From a candidate division WWE3 bacterium (GTDB lineage Bacteria; Patescibacteriota; WWE3; UBA101185; UBA10185): a stretch of 44,242 nucleotides of DNA. The position numbers and the translations under genes are program-made. Shown here in pieces: positions 18,438 to 27,835 of the stretch; position 1 is the first letter of the stretch; the number at the start of each line of letters is the position of its first letter. The stretch is taken from positions 1-44,242 of the forward strand of contig CAMDGN010000002.1 in the NCBI GenBank assembly GCA_945897985.1, given 5' to 3'. The notes beneath the pieces are model-generated. The model worked only from the letters and a program-made list of their open reading frames with translations. It was not told where the DNA came from and made no database searches.

Positions 18438-20027
18438 ATGAAATTAAAAGACACTTTAATTAAATTTATTTTAAATCAAAAATATTGGGGAATTTACCTA
18501 GCGATTTTTTTTATTGTAATAAGACTTCCTTACCTCGGTTTTTCAAATTTTAATACCGATTCTTTTAAGTGGAAAGCAAGAATCTATGATTTTGGGTCTG
18601 GTGTATTTAACCTCAACTTTGAGCAAACAGTTCAAAAGTATCACCCTGGAGTCACTCTCTTATGGATCGGAACTGCTAGCGTTAAAGTTTACAACTTTAC
18701 TTACTCTTCAATCTTACAGAAAACTCCTCAGTCTGATTCTGCAGAATTTCTTTTCTCTTTGAATTTTTATCAAATCCTCTTCGTTGTTTTGGCTCTGGCA
18801 TTTTTGATAAATAAATCATACAAATATTTGTCTGAAATATTAGGAAAAACTAAAAGTCTTTTGATACTTGCGATAGTAGCGGTCGATCCTTTCTTTTTGG
18901 CATTAACAACAACTCTACACTTAGATGGGCTGTTAAACTTACTACTTTTAAATACCTTACTAACTCTATACCTCTATATTGATGGAAAAGGTTATAAGTA
19001 CCTTTACCTATCGGGCATTTATTTTGGATTAAGTTTGTTAACTAAAACTACTGCTATCTTGTTTCTTCCTGTAATCTTTATTGCGATTATCTTTAAATAC
19101 TTAAATACTAAAGAAGTTTCTCATTTTATAAAATTTGGTTATTTTTTACTCATTACATTTCTAACCTACTTTATTTTATGGCCTGGAATGTGGGTTGACC
19201 CGATAGGAACTCTAACTTATGTACTAAAGGGGGTAACCGTTGGAACCGATGATCATTCTCAAATTTATTTTGGAAATTTAGTGAATGATCCCGGTCCCTT
19301 TTATTACTTAATTGTATGTCTTATAAAAACACCAATTTATATATTTCCAGGGCTGCTATTAGCAGCCTATAGGCAATTTGGTACCACATATAAGAAATAT
19401 ACCTTTGAATTATTTCTATTTTTAAGTTCCATTCTATACTTAATAGAAATCACTATCCCCTCAAAGAAATTGGATAGGTATGCTCTAACTTTTATTTTGT
19501 TAATAAGCATCTCAATTATTTCTTATGCCTATGATTATAGTAAAAAGTTAGCTTATTCATTTTTAATTTTAAATTTACTTTTTGTATTCTATTTAAGATT
19601 CGATTTCTTTTCTTACTACAGCCCTTTGTCGGGAGGTATAAGTAACGGTATAAAGTGGGTTGAGCCCAAATGGGCATTTGGTCAAAAAGAGATTGCTGAA
19701 TATTTCTCCAATGAAATTAACATTAATAAACTAGATTATTTTGGAAACGGAGAAAATATCAGTAAAATTTCAGAAAGAAACAAAAAGTTAGTAGTAGCTC
19801 TACCTGAAAAGTACTATACCCAACTTTACCCATACTTTAAGTTAATTGGTGGTTGGGCGGTAATTAATGAGATCAATCCTGAAGCACGAAAAGCAAATTA
19901 CTTTATTTTTCCAGTTTGGGAGGATAACTCAGTTGAGTTTATAAGCAGATATAAGTTATCTTACTATGGCGAAATTAAAGTTAGAGATGTAGCAATTTTT
20001 AAAGTCTTCAAAAGAAATGATAAGTAA
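18438..20027 (+). CDS. GT-C-fold (PMT_2/ArnT-like) membrane glycosyltransferase, paralog 2
   Basis: IRLPYLG...NTDS..W, HPGVTL, DPFF..TTTLHLD, LTKT, PGMW, KKLDRY. Start at 18438 preferred over 18426. Confidence 0.8.
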   Translation: MKLKDTLIKFILNQKYWGIYLAIFFIVIRLPYLGFSNFNTDSFKWKARIYDFGSGVFNLNFEQTVQKYHPGVTLLWIGTASVKVYNFTYSSILQKTPQSDSAEFLFSLNFYQILFVVLALAFLINKSYKYLSEILGKTKSLLILAIVAVDPFFLALTTTLHLDGLLNLLLLNTLLTLYLYIDGKGYKYLYLSGIYFGLSLLTKTTAILFLPVIFIAIIFKYLNTKEVSHFIKFGYFLLITFLTYFILWPGMWVDPIGTLTYVLKGVTVGTDDHSQIYFGNLVNDPGPFYYLIVCLIKTPIYIFPGLLLAAYRQFGTTYKKYTFELFLFLSSILYLIEITIPSKKLDRYALTFILLISISIISYAYDYSKKLAYSFLILNLLFVFYLRFDFFSYYSPLSGGISNGIKWVEPKWAFGQKEIAEYFSNEININKLDYFGNGENISKISERNKKLVVALPEKYYTQLYPYFKLIGGWAVINEINPEARKANYFIFPVWEDNSVEFISRYKLSYYGEIKVRDVAIFKVFKRNDK

Positions 20028-21324
20028 GCCCCTCAATTCAACTATAGGCGGAATGCTTTTAGTTACTTTTGGCTCAATAATTTCAACCTTCTTTTCTTAT
20101 TACTTCAATTTTTATATCCAATCAATTTTTCCAAGTTTGAGTGATTATGGAAATTTTGTTTTTGTCCTAACATTTCTGACCCTAACTCAATTAATTCCGC
20201 TGTCAATTTCTAGCTCCCTTTCGTTATTAGTAACTGAATTAAAAGTAAAAAATGAGTTTAGAAAGTTGACCATGCTTTATCTTAGAATGAACCTTCTTTT
20301 CGGGTTTATAGGAGGTTTAATAGCTCTATTTACGCTTTTCTTTAGTAGTCAGATTAGCTCCATATTTAAAGTAGGGGACGTGTTTTATATCCAACTTATG
20401 GCAATTCTTATATTTATCTCTACTTTATCCATTCCCGTAACCTCTTACTTGTATGGCTTGCTTAGGTTTAAATCCCATACTTCCCTAATTGTTATGATCT
20501 CAATACTTAAACTAATTTTTGTATATTTCTTTTACATTTCAGGATTTGGTTTCTTATCTGTACTTTATGGTCTGATACTTTCCTCAGTTTCATTAATTGT
20601 AGTTGGAAATTTTCTTCTACTTTCTAGTTTTGATAAAGATTACAGAGCTTCAGATATAACCGGTTTGACCAAAAAGGTTTTATTTTTCTCCCTCCCAATA
20701 TTTTTTATTGCTACTGGAAATGGTTTAATTACTCAAATTGACTTTCTTTTAATTAAATCCAAATTTGCAACCGAGTTATCAGGTCAGTATGGGCTATTAG
20801 TTAATATTGGTAAAATTTTTTATTTTGGTTCCATTGTATTTCTGGGGGCTATGAGTCCTCAAATTACAGAAGCCTACAACAAAAGAGATGGGTATTTTAA
20901 AATTTTATTCTTTTATTCAAAAATTATTTTAGGGCTGCTTGCCGGTGGTTTAATTGTTTTTGGTCTATTTCCAAAATCCTTCCTGGACATCTTCGTATTT
21001 CTTTCCAGTAAAATTGGCCTTAATTTAAATTCGCTAAACCTTTACTTTCAAGTTACTGAGCTGATTCCTAGCTACGCGGTATTTATTGTTTTAGTAATAC
21101 TTATAAATTTCTTAGTCATGTTTTTGATAGCTACCTCTACAACTAGAATTTATTTAGGATTTATTTTGGCAACCCTACTTCAATTTTTATTGATCTACTA
21201 CTATTCTTATGACCTTTATTCTGTAATAAAATGTAATATAATATCGGCAAGTGCTTTACTCGGGTATTTACTTTTTGAGACCTATAAAAAATATGAAAGT
21301 TTCCATAATAGTTCCAGCCTATAA
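20017..21324 (+). CDS. Wzx-like oligosaccharide flippase
   Basis: DYGNF, QIDFLLIK, GQYG...GKIF, MSPQIT; ~12 TMs. Confidence 0.82.
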   Translation: MISKPLNSTIGGMLLVTFGSIISTFFSYYFNFYIQSIFPSLSDYGNFVFVLTFLTLTQLIPLSISSSLSLLVTELKVKNEFRKLTMLYLRMNLLFGFIGGLIALFTLFFSSQISSIFKVGDVFYIQLMAILIFISTLSIPVTSYLYGLLRFKSHTSLIVMISILKLIFVYFFYISGFGFLSVLYGLILSSVSLIVVGNFLLLSSFDKDYRASDITGLTKKVLFFSLPIFFIATGNGLITQIDFLLIKSKFATELSGQYGLLVNIGKIFYFGSIVFLGAMSPQITEAYNKRDGYFKILFFYSKIILGLLAGGLIVFGLFPKSFLDIFVFLSSKIGLNLNSLNLYFQVTELIPSYAVFIVLVILINFLVMFLIATSTTRIYLGFILATLLQFLLIYYYSYDLYSVIKCNIISASALLGYLLFETYKKYESFHNSSSL

Positions 21325-22096
21325 GCAGGAAAAATCCATTCAATCCGATTTAGAAAATATTTCCAATGTTATGTCAAAGACAAGGTGGGATTATGAGGTT
21401 ATCTGTGTAGTCGACGGTTTTTTGGATAAAACTTTAGAAAATGCCTCTAAAACCAAAGATCCTAAAATTGTTGTTTGTGGTTATGAGCAAAATAAAGGTA
21501 AGGGTTATGCTGTTAGATTTGGTATGGCTAGATCCGATGGTGATTTTATTGCTTTTATCGACGCCGGAATGGATATAAATCCAAATGGAATCTCGTTAAT
21601 TCTGGAGCATATGATTTGGTACGATGCAGATATTATAGTTGCAAGTAAGAGGCACAGCGCTTCTAAAATATATTATCCATTTCTAAGAAAAATCTATTCA
21701 TTTTTATACCAACTTTTAGTTAGAGTTTTATTTAATTTAAGAGTTAGAGATACTCAAGTAGGACTTAAAGTTTTTAAAAGACAGGTTTTAGAGAAAGTCC
21801 TTCCAAGGCTACTGGTTAAAAAGTTTGCTTTTGATATTGAGATTCTAGCTGTCGCAAATTATTTAGGTTTTAATAAAATTTACGATGCGCCAGTTGAAAT
21901 TAAACTTGATATTTTTAACTCAAGTTTTAATCCAGCTAAAGTCATTTTTAACAAGCATATTTGGCAAATGTTGATCGATACAGTAGCTGTTTTTTACCGA
22001 ATGAGGATTCTTAAATATTATGATAATAATTCAAAAAGACTCTGGGTTTACGACAAAGAGCTTGAGATGAGAGTAAACACCGGAGAAATGAAGTAA
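21293..22096 (+). CDS. GT2, polyprenol-phosphate-sugar synthase-like
   Basis: MKVSIIVPAY, VVDG, NKGKGYAVRFG, FIDAG, DTQVGLK, FAFDIEIL. ATG at 21293 preferred over the GTG at 21251. Confidence 0.88.
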   Translation: MKVSIIVPAYKQEKSIQSDLENISNVMSKTRWDYEVICVVDGFLDKTLENASKTKDPKIVVCGYEQNKGKGYAVRFGMARSDGDFIAFIDAGMDINPNGISLILEHMIWYDADIIVASKRHSASKIYYPFLRKIYSFLYQLLVRVLFNLRVRDTQVGLKVFKRQVLEKVLPRLLVKKFAFDIEILAVANYLGFNKIYDAPVEIKLDIFNSSFNPAKVIFNKHIWQMLIDTVAVFYRMRILKYYDNNSKRLWVYDKELEMRVNTGEMK

Positions 22097-23103
22097 TGTT
22101 CTCAATCGTAATTCCTTGTCGACTTTATAACTCTAAACTTGCTCAAACCCTTGATAAACTACAACTACAGACTTACCAAAATTTTGAAACAATAGTGATT
22201 CTTGACTTTGAAGATTCAAATTTAGTTTCAACTTCTAAGGTAAAGTATATTTTCTCAGGAATTAAAACCCCGGGAGAGAAAAGGAATATAGGGATTAAAT
22301 CGGCGAATGGGGATTACATCGCGTTTTTAGACGATGATGCCTACCCAAGCGAGAAATGGCTTGAGAATTCAAAAATAATACTTGATTCTAATCCTGAGTA
22401 TATTGGGGTATGTGGTCCTTCAATAACCCCGCCAGACTCTTCATTTTTAGAACAAATCGGAGGTTATATTTACGAATCATTCATGACTTCAGGCCCTACA
22501 AGATATAGACATTTACAACAACGGCCAAGAGTTGTTAATGACTACCCTTCAGTAAATTTAATTATCAGAAAAGAATGTATTGATGAGATTGGCGGGTTTG
22601 ATACCAAATATTGGCCTGGAGAAGATACTAAATTATGTTTAGATCTTACTAAAAAATATGGTAAAAGAATTTTTTATTCCCCAATTCTTGTTGTTTTTCA
22701 TTACAGAAGAAGTGTATTTCATCCACATTTAATCCAACTTTCGAGATATGCTTCTCATAGAGGATTTTTTGCTAAAGAGTTCCCTGAGACTTCCTTAAAG
22801 TTTTCCTATTTTATCCCTTCAATGTTTGTAATTTATTTAGCTTTTTTACCACTTCTATTTTTAAATTTAAAAAACTCTTCATATTTACTATTTCCTTTGC
22901 TTGCTTATTTCTTTGCTCTTGTGTTTGAAAGTATTCAGATTTATTTAAAAAGCGGTTCTTTGGCAAAAAGTATTCTTGCAACAATCGGGATCTTCTTCAG
23001 TAATGTCACATATGGAATCTTCTTTTTAAAAGGCCTGCTATCAAAACCTAGCTTAGTTTTGAGAGAGGTAGACATTTTAAATGAAAAGTACATCAAAGGA
23101 TAG
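22096..23103 (+). CDS. GT2 glycosyltransferase with C-terminal TM helices
   Basis: FSIVIP, KRNIG, AFLDDDAYP, GGFD...GEDTKL, VFHYRR. Confidence 0.88.
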   Translation: MFSIVIPCRLYNSKLAQTLDKLQLQTYQNFETIVILDFEDSNLVSTSKVKYIFSGIKTPGEKRNIGIKSANGDYIAFLDDDAYPSEKWLENSKIILDSNPEYIGVCGPSITPPDSSFLEQIGGYIYESFMTSGPTRYRHLQQRPRVVNDYPSVNLIIRKECIDEIGGFDTKYWPGEDTKLCLDLTKKYGKRIFYSPILVVFHYRRSVFHPHLIQLSRYASHRGFFAKEFPETSLKFSYFIPSMFVIYLAFLPLLFLNLKNSSYLLFPLLAYFFALVFESIQIYLKSGSLAKSILATIGIFFSNVTYGIFFLKGLLSKPSLVLREVDILNEKYIKG

Positions 23104-24187
23104 TAAAATTTACCTTTTTAACGCTTATTCTCTAAATAACAACAACGATATTTTTATAAGTGGTAGTGATAGGGTTGGTTTGGAGTTAATTAAACAAGAT
23201 CCAAGCAACGCGGTAGTTTTTGCGCCAAATTGTTTTAGATCCTTATTACCTCAGGAGTGCGTTTTTGTTTCTACCCAAGATGTGTTATCAAAAAGTTTAG
23301 TCTTAAACTATCTTTATCGAACTGCAAAATCAATACAATTACTTAAGAAATATTCTCAAGAGTGTTCTTATATTATTTCAACTTCTGACTTTTTTTGTGA
23401 TACGATTCCCGCCTTTATGTGTTCTGGAGTTTCGAGATGGTATGCTTTTACCTTCCACCTGTATCCCGACGTAATCAGAAATTTTAGTATTAGAAATTTA
23501 TTTGGTAATTTGGCTCAGGCTTTATCTTTCCTTTTATTTAAACGAGCAAATTTAGTTATAACAACAAATAATAACTTATCCAATCATTTAAAGCATTTTT
23601 ACAACATTGATAATATTTTAAAAATTAAGCTAGGGGTGGATTTTACAAAGTATTTAAATTCAAATAAGGATAGACCTGTAGATTTAATTTTTTTAGGCCG
23701 AATTAAAGATTCTAAAGGTGTATTTGAACTTCCAGAAATTATTTCTCTAGTTGCAAAATCAGTAGATACGCTAAGTGTGGAGATAGTAGGTAACGGAGAT
23801 ACTCAAGATTTAGAGAAACTTAAAAATTTGATCACAAAATTTCACGTTAGAGAATATTTGACAATCACCTCAAATTTAAACGATTCTCAAGTTATCGATC
23901 GTTTAAAAAATTCAAAATACTTAATTCAGCTCAGTCGGGAGGAAGGATTTGGATTAGTTATTTTGGAGGCACTTGCTTCTGGGTGCCAAGTTCTTGGTTA
24001 CGAATTACCTGTTTATTTAGAGAATTTCTCTGAATTTAATTTAAAAATGACTGAGAATTTTAATCAAAAAAATTTAAGTCTATTTATAATAGATAGCATT
24101 AAGACTTATCAGTTTAAAAGTACTGATAAGCGTAATTTTGTAAATTTTGAATGGGAAAGTATTTATAATTCAATCTTCAATAATTGA
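23081..24187 (+). CDS. GT4 glycosyltransferase
   Basis: FLGRIKDSKG, SREEGFGLVILEALASG. Confidence 0.85.
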   Translation: MKSTSKDSKIYLFNAYSLNNNNDIFISGSDRVGLELIKQDPSNAVVFAPNCFRSLLPQECVFVSTQDVLSKSLVLNYLYRTAKSIQLLKKYSQECSYIISTSDFFCDTIPAFMCSGVSRWYAFTFHLYPDVIRNFSIRNLFGNLAQALSFLLFKRANLVITTNNNLSNHLKHFYNIDNILKIKLGVDFTKYLNSNKDRPVDLIFLGRIKDSKGVFELPEIISLVAKSVDTLSVEIVGNGDTQDLEKLKNLITKFHVREYLTITSNLNDSQVIDRLKNSKYLIQLSREEGFGLVILEALASGCQVLGYELPVYLENFSEFNLKMTENFNQKNLSLFIIDSIKTYQFKSTDKRNFVNFEWESIYNSIFNN

Positions 24188-24193
24188 TATAAT
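24185..24193 (+). promoter_or_regulatory. Consensus extended -10 (TGaTATAAT) 6 nt before ATG 24200
   Basis: tgatataat-aatctt-ATG; the TGA is also the stop codon of the upstream gene. Confidence 0.68.
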
Positions 24194-24199
24194 AATCTT

Positions 24200-25813
24200 A
24201 TGAAGGATTTTAAAGTTGTAATAGGTTACCCTCCAATAAAAACAGAAAAAGGAGTACCCCTACTTTCTCAAAATAGACAATTCCAATATTTTAATGCCAA
24301 AACTTATATCTACCCTATGGTTCCAGCCTACAGTGCTTCAGTCGCTAAATCTAAAGGTTATGACGTTTATTGGATGGACGGAATTGCTGAGGAGAAGACT
24401 TTTCAAGAGTGGCTATCTGACTTAAAAGAACTCAGTCCAGATTTATTGATGATTGAAACCAAGGCTCCTGTAGTTAAATCTCACTGGAAAATTGTAGATC
24501 ATCTTAAGTCTGAGTTACCAAATATGAAGATTGTTTTGGTAGGGGATCACGTTACCTTTAAACCTAAAGAGACCATGGATAACTGTAAAGTTGATTTCAT
24601 TATCACTGGGGGTGACTATGATTTTATGCTAACAGATCTTTTAAATACGCTAGTAAAAGGGGATAAGTTAGTTGGTGGTATTTGGGGAAGATATCCTTCG
24701 GAATTGAATCTTTCTGATTTAGTCAAAGTTGAAGATTCAGATAACTCTGACCAAAAATATTTCATTTCGGGACCATTAGTTCAAAATCACAAATTAGATG
24801 ACCTCCCTTTTGTTGATAGGGATCTAACCAAGTGGAAAAATTATGCCTATTACAACGGGAACTTTAAATACACCCCCGCCACTTATATGTATTCAGGTAA
24901 AGACTGTTGGTGGAATCGATGTACCTTTTGTGTTTGGGATCATACTTTAAATCCAATGGGTACTTACAGAAGGTTTTCACCTGAGAGGTTATTTGCTGAA
25001 ATTAAACATCTGGTAGATAACTATGGTGTTAGAGAAATTTTTGATGACGCAGGTACTTTGTTTGTGGGCCCTCCTCTCAAGAAATTCTGTCAGATGATGA
25101 TTGATTCTGGTTACAATAAAAAAGTGGTTCTTGGTTGCAATATGAGGCTTAATGCTCTAACGCAAGAGTACTATGACTTAATGAAACAGGCTAATTTTAG
25201 ATTTATACTTTATGGAATGGAGTCTGGTAATCAATACACTTTAGATAAATTAGACAAAGGTCTCAAAGTTGCTGAAATTGAAGAGGGTGTCAGAATGGCT
25301 AAAAAAGCGGGACTTGAGCCTCACCTTACAATCATGCTTGGCTACCCGTGGGAAACCGAGGAGATGTCTAAAAATACTATCAATTTGGCAAAAAATTTAT
25401 TCAAAAAAGGTTATGTAGATACAATGCAAGCAACCATTGTAATTCCATATCCTGGCACACCTTTATACAAGGAATGTATTGAAAAAGACTGGTTACTGGT
25501 TGATTCAATTGATTACGAATCTTTTGATATGAGGGGTCCTGTGATGAAAACACCTTATTCAAAAGAAAGACTTATGGAACTAACCCAAGAACTATACTCT
25601 GCATTTTTTAGTACTAGTTACATTTTTAGAAAAATAATTAGCATCAGAAAAGTAGACGACTTTAAATTCCTCTATTTCTCAGCTTGGAAATTACTGGGCC
25701 ATCTCTTGGATTTTGACAAAGACCAGACTAAAGTTTCTTTATGGTCTCTTAAATTTTGGAGAACAGCTTTAAAGAAATTAACTAATAACTCAGTTGGAAT
25801 AGAAAATGCTTAA
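24200..25813 (+). CDS. B12-binding-domain radical SAM protein (HpnJ/BchE-like)
   Basis: N-terminal Rossmann-like domain (LVGDHVT, GGDYDF), LDDLPFVDR, cluster motif CWWNRCTFC, YGMESGNQ, MLGYPWET, PYPGTPLY. Confidence 0.88.
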   Translation: MKDFKVVIGYPPIKTEKGVPLLSQNRQFQYFNAKTYIYPMVPAYSASVAKSKGYDVYWMDGIAEEKTFQEWLSDLKELSPDLLMIETKAPVVKSHWKIVDHLKSELPNMKIVLVGDHVTFKPKETMDNCKVDFIITGGDYDFMLTDLLNTLVKGDKLVGGIWGRYPSELNLSDLVKVEDSDNSDQKYFISGPLVQNHKLDDLPFVDRDLTKWKNYAYYNGNFKYTPATYMYSGKDCWWNRCTFCVWDHTLNPMGTYRRFSPERLFAEIKHLVDNYGVREIFDDAGTLFVGPPLKKFCQMMIDSGYNKKVVLGCNMRLNALTQEYYDLMKQANFRFILYGMESGNQYTLDKLDKGLKVAEIEEGVRMAKKAGLEPHLTIMLGYPWETEEMSKNTINLAKNLFKKGYVDTMQATIVIPYPGTPLYKECIEKDWLLVDSIDYESFDMRGPVMKTPYSKERLMELTQELYSAFFSTSYIFRKIISIRKVDDFKFLYFSAWKLLGHLLDFDKDQTKVSLWSLKFWRTALKKLTNNSVGIENA

Positions 25814-26495
25814 TTCAAAAGATTTTTCTCAGGTTTATTATTCTGATCTTCTATCCGCTAAAAATATTTACAATAAAAATAAGTTAGTAACGATTGAAGA
25901 ATGCTTGAAACTTCTACCTGCAACCGGAAAGGTTCTAGATATAGGGTGTTTTAATGGGTTCTTTTTAGATATTATAAAAAATAAAGGTTATCAAACCTAC
26001 GGAATTGATGCCTCATCCGATGCAGTTAGTCTTTGTAATTCAAACGGTCACCATACAGTAGAAGCAAACTTAGAGGAAAAGATTCCTTTTGATGACAGTT
26101 TTTTTGATGCTATAACTGGTTTAGAAATTGTCGAGCATCTTGCTGACACCGATACCTTAATGAAAGAGATTAAAAGAGTATTAAAGCCAAACGGAATATT
26201 AATTTTTTCCACTCCAAATTTCTTTTCTTTAAGCAGAAGAATAATGACTTTGGTAGGAATTAATCCTTACTTTGAGGCTTCATTTAGTTTTCCTCCAAAA
26301 ATGGCGGGTCATCTTAGATTTTTCACTCATAACCTACTCAATGATTTTCTAAGCTACCATGATTTCAAAGTAAGATACACCGGCTCTGACGTTGTTAATT
26401 TTAATTCTAGTGGAACTTTATTTTCAACAAAGCTAGCTCAGTTGTTTCCTAAAATTGGACGGGGGATAGTTATTAGTGCTACAAATAGTAAATGA
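25806..26495 (+). CDS. Class I SAM-dependent methyltransferase
   Basis: VLDIGCFNG, GIDAS, IPFDDSFFD, IVEHL, RVLKPNG, STPN, HLRFFT. Confidence 0.9.
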   Translation: MLNSKDFSQVYYSDLLSAKNIYNKNKLVTIEECLKLLPATGKVLDIGCFNGFFLDIIKNKGYQTYGIDASSDAVSLCNSNGHHTVEANLEEKIPFDDSFFDAITGLEIVEHLADTDTLMKEIKRVLKPNGILIFSTPNFFSLSRRIMTLVGINPYFEASFSFPPKMAGHLRFFTHNLLNDFLSYHDFKVRYTGSDVVNFNSSGTLFSTKLAQLFPKIGRGIVISATNSK

Positions 26496-27817
26496 AAGAC
26501 TTTCTAAAGGTATTTTTATTTAGTTTTATTGGTTTTTTCCTAGCCTGGTTAATTTTATTTAAATTAGGTATTAACTCGCTGCCCCTTCAATCTGAAGACG
26601 CAATACCTTCTATTTTCACTGGTATTTCAATTGTTAGAGAGGGAACTTTAAATCTCGATTCTTACTACCAAATGATGGTTAGTAAATATCCTCAACCTGA
26701 TGATTCAAATTTAACTCCTTTTTATTTAAGAAAAATAAATAATCACTATCTTTCGGCTTTTCCCATTATGAATACAATTCTTTCTTTGCCAATTTTTATC
26801 CTGTATGTTCCGTTTATAAACAGCGTTTCTTGGAACGATATTTATTTGCTTAGCCATCTGTCAGGAAGTTTTATATTATCCATCTCTTGTGTCGCCTTAT
26901 TCTACTTATTTAATCGCGTATTAAAGTCTTCAACTAGAAATTCCTATTTACTAACTGCAATTTACGCGCTCGCTACTATAAATCTACCTCTTATTTCTCA
27001 AGCCCTATGGCAACACGGTGCAGTTCAGTTTTTTACAATTTTAGGCATAATATTTTTTCTCAGGGAAAGATATTTACTTACTTTTATGTTTTTAGGTTTT
27101 GGAATCCTTTCAAGACCTACTGCAGGAATTGTTTTACTCGTTTTATTTATTTATCTGCTAGTTAATAAGAAAGTGAACCTTAAGTTAGTAATAAACTCAG
27201 CCATAGGATTTTTAATTCCAGTTTTATTCTTCTTAATCTATAACTATATTTATTACACAGATTTATCTAATCAAGGATATGCATCCCAATTAGGTAATTC
27301 CTGGCTTGGAAATTTTCCTGAAAGCTTAATTGGTATTTGGGTTTCACCTTCTAAAGGCTTACTTATTTACTCTCCAATTTTTATTTTTACCCTTATAGGT
27401 ATTTGGAAAGGTTACAAAAAAGATAATTTAGTCTCAATTTCATTCTGGATAATTCTTCTTCATACTTTAGTTCTTTCTAAATGGAAACACTGGTACGGAG
27501 GATACGGGTTTGGATATCGAATGATTTCAGATGTGATCCCTTTTTTCATAATACCAATTTGGTATTTGCTCGAAAATTATTACGATAAAGTAAAAAATGG
27601 AATCATAGCTACTTTTACTATTTCGCTTATAATCCAACTTTCTGGCTTGGTATTTTTTGACAGTATCTGGCATAACGCATACGATACTGGGTTTAAAAAT
27701 ACTTCTTGGCTTTGGTCTGTGAAAGATAGTGAGGCTGCTTTTAATGTGAGAAGGGTTTTAGTGAGATTTAATATTTTGGATAAAGCTTGTGAGAAATGCC
27801 TTCCTGGTAACCGATAG
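26492..27817 (+). CDS. GT-C-like membrane protein
   Basis: Acidic first loop QSEDAIP, SQALWQH, SRPT, SPSKGLLIYSP, WYGGYGFGYRMISD; ~11 TMs. Confidence 0.7.
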   Translation: MKDFLKVFLFSFIGFFLAWLILFKLGINSLPLQSEDAIPSIFTGISIVREGTLNLDSYYQMMVSKYPQPDDSNLTPFYLRKINNHYLSAFPIMNTILSLPIFILYVPFINSVSWNDIYLLSHLSGSFILSISCVALFYLFNRVLKSSTRNSYLLTAIYALATINLPLISQALWQHGAVQFFTILGIIFFLRERYLLTFMFLGFGILSRPTAGIVLLVLFIYLLVNKKVNLKLVINSAIGFLIPVLFFLIYNYIYYTDLSNQGYASQLGNSWLGNFPESLIGIWVSPSKGLLIYSPIFIFTLIGIWKGYKKDNLVSISFWIILLHTLVLSKWKHWYGGYGFGYRMISDVIPFFIIPIWYLLENYYDKVKNGIIATFTISLIIQLSGLVFFDSIWHNAYDTGFKNTSWLWSVKDSEAAFNVRRVLVRFNILDKACEKCLPGNR

Positions 27818-27823
27818 ATCCAC

Positions 27824-27829
27824 TATAAT
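27824..27829 (+). promoter_or_regulatory. -10 (TATAAT) 6 nt before ATG 27836
   Basis: tataat-agaagt-ATG within an 18-bp intergenic gap. Confidence 0.62.
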
Positions 27830-27835
27830 AGAAGT

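Noticed and set aside
24200..25813. Calling the radical SAM gene hpnJ or bchE
   Set aside because: No hopanoid or bacteriochlorophyll context; the similarity is only at family level.
27788..27799. C-terminal CEKC motif in the GT-C-like protein as a redox or metal site
   Set aside because: A single isolated motif with no supporting fold evidence; it cannot be assessed without an alignment.
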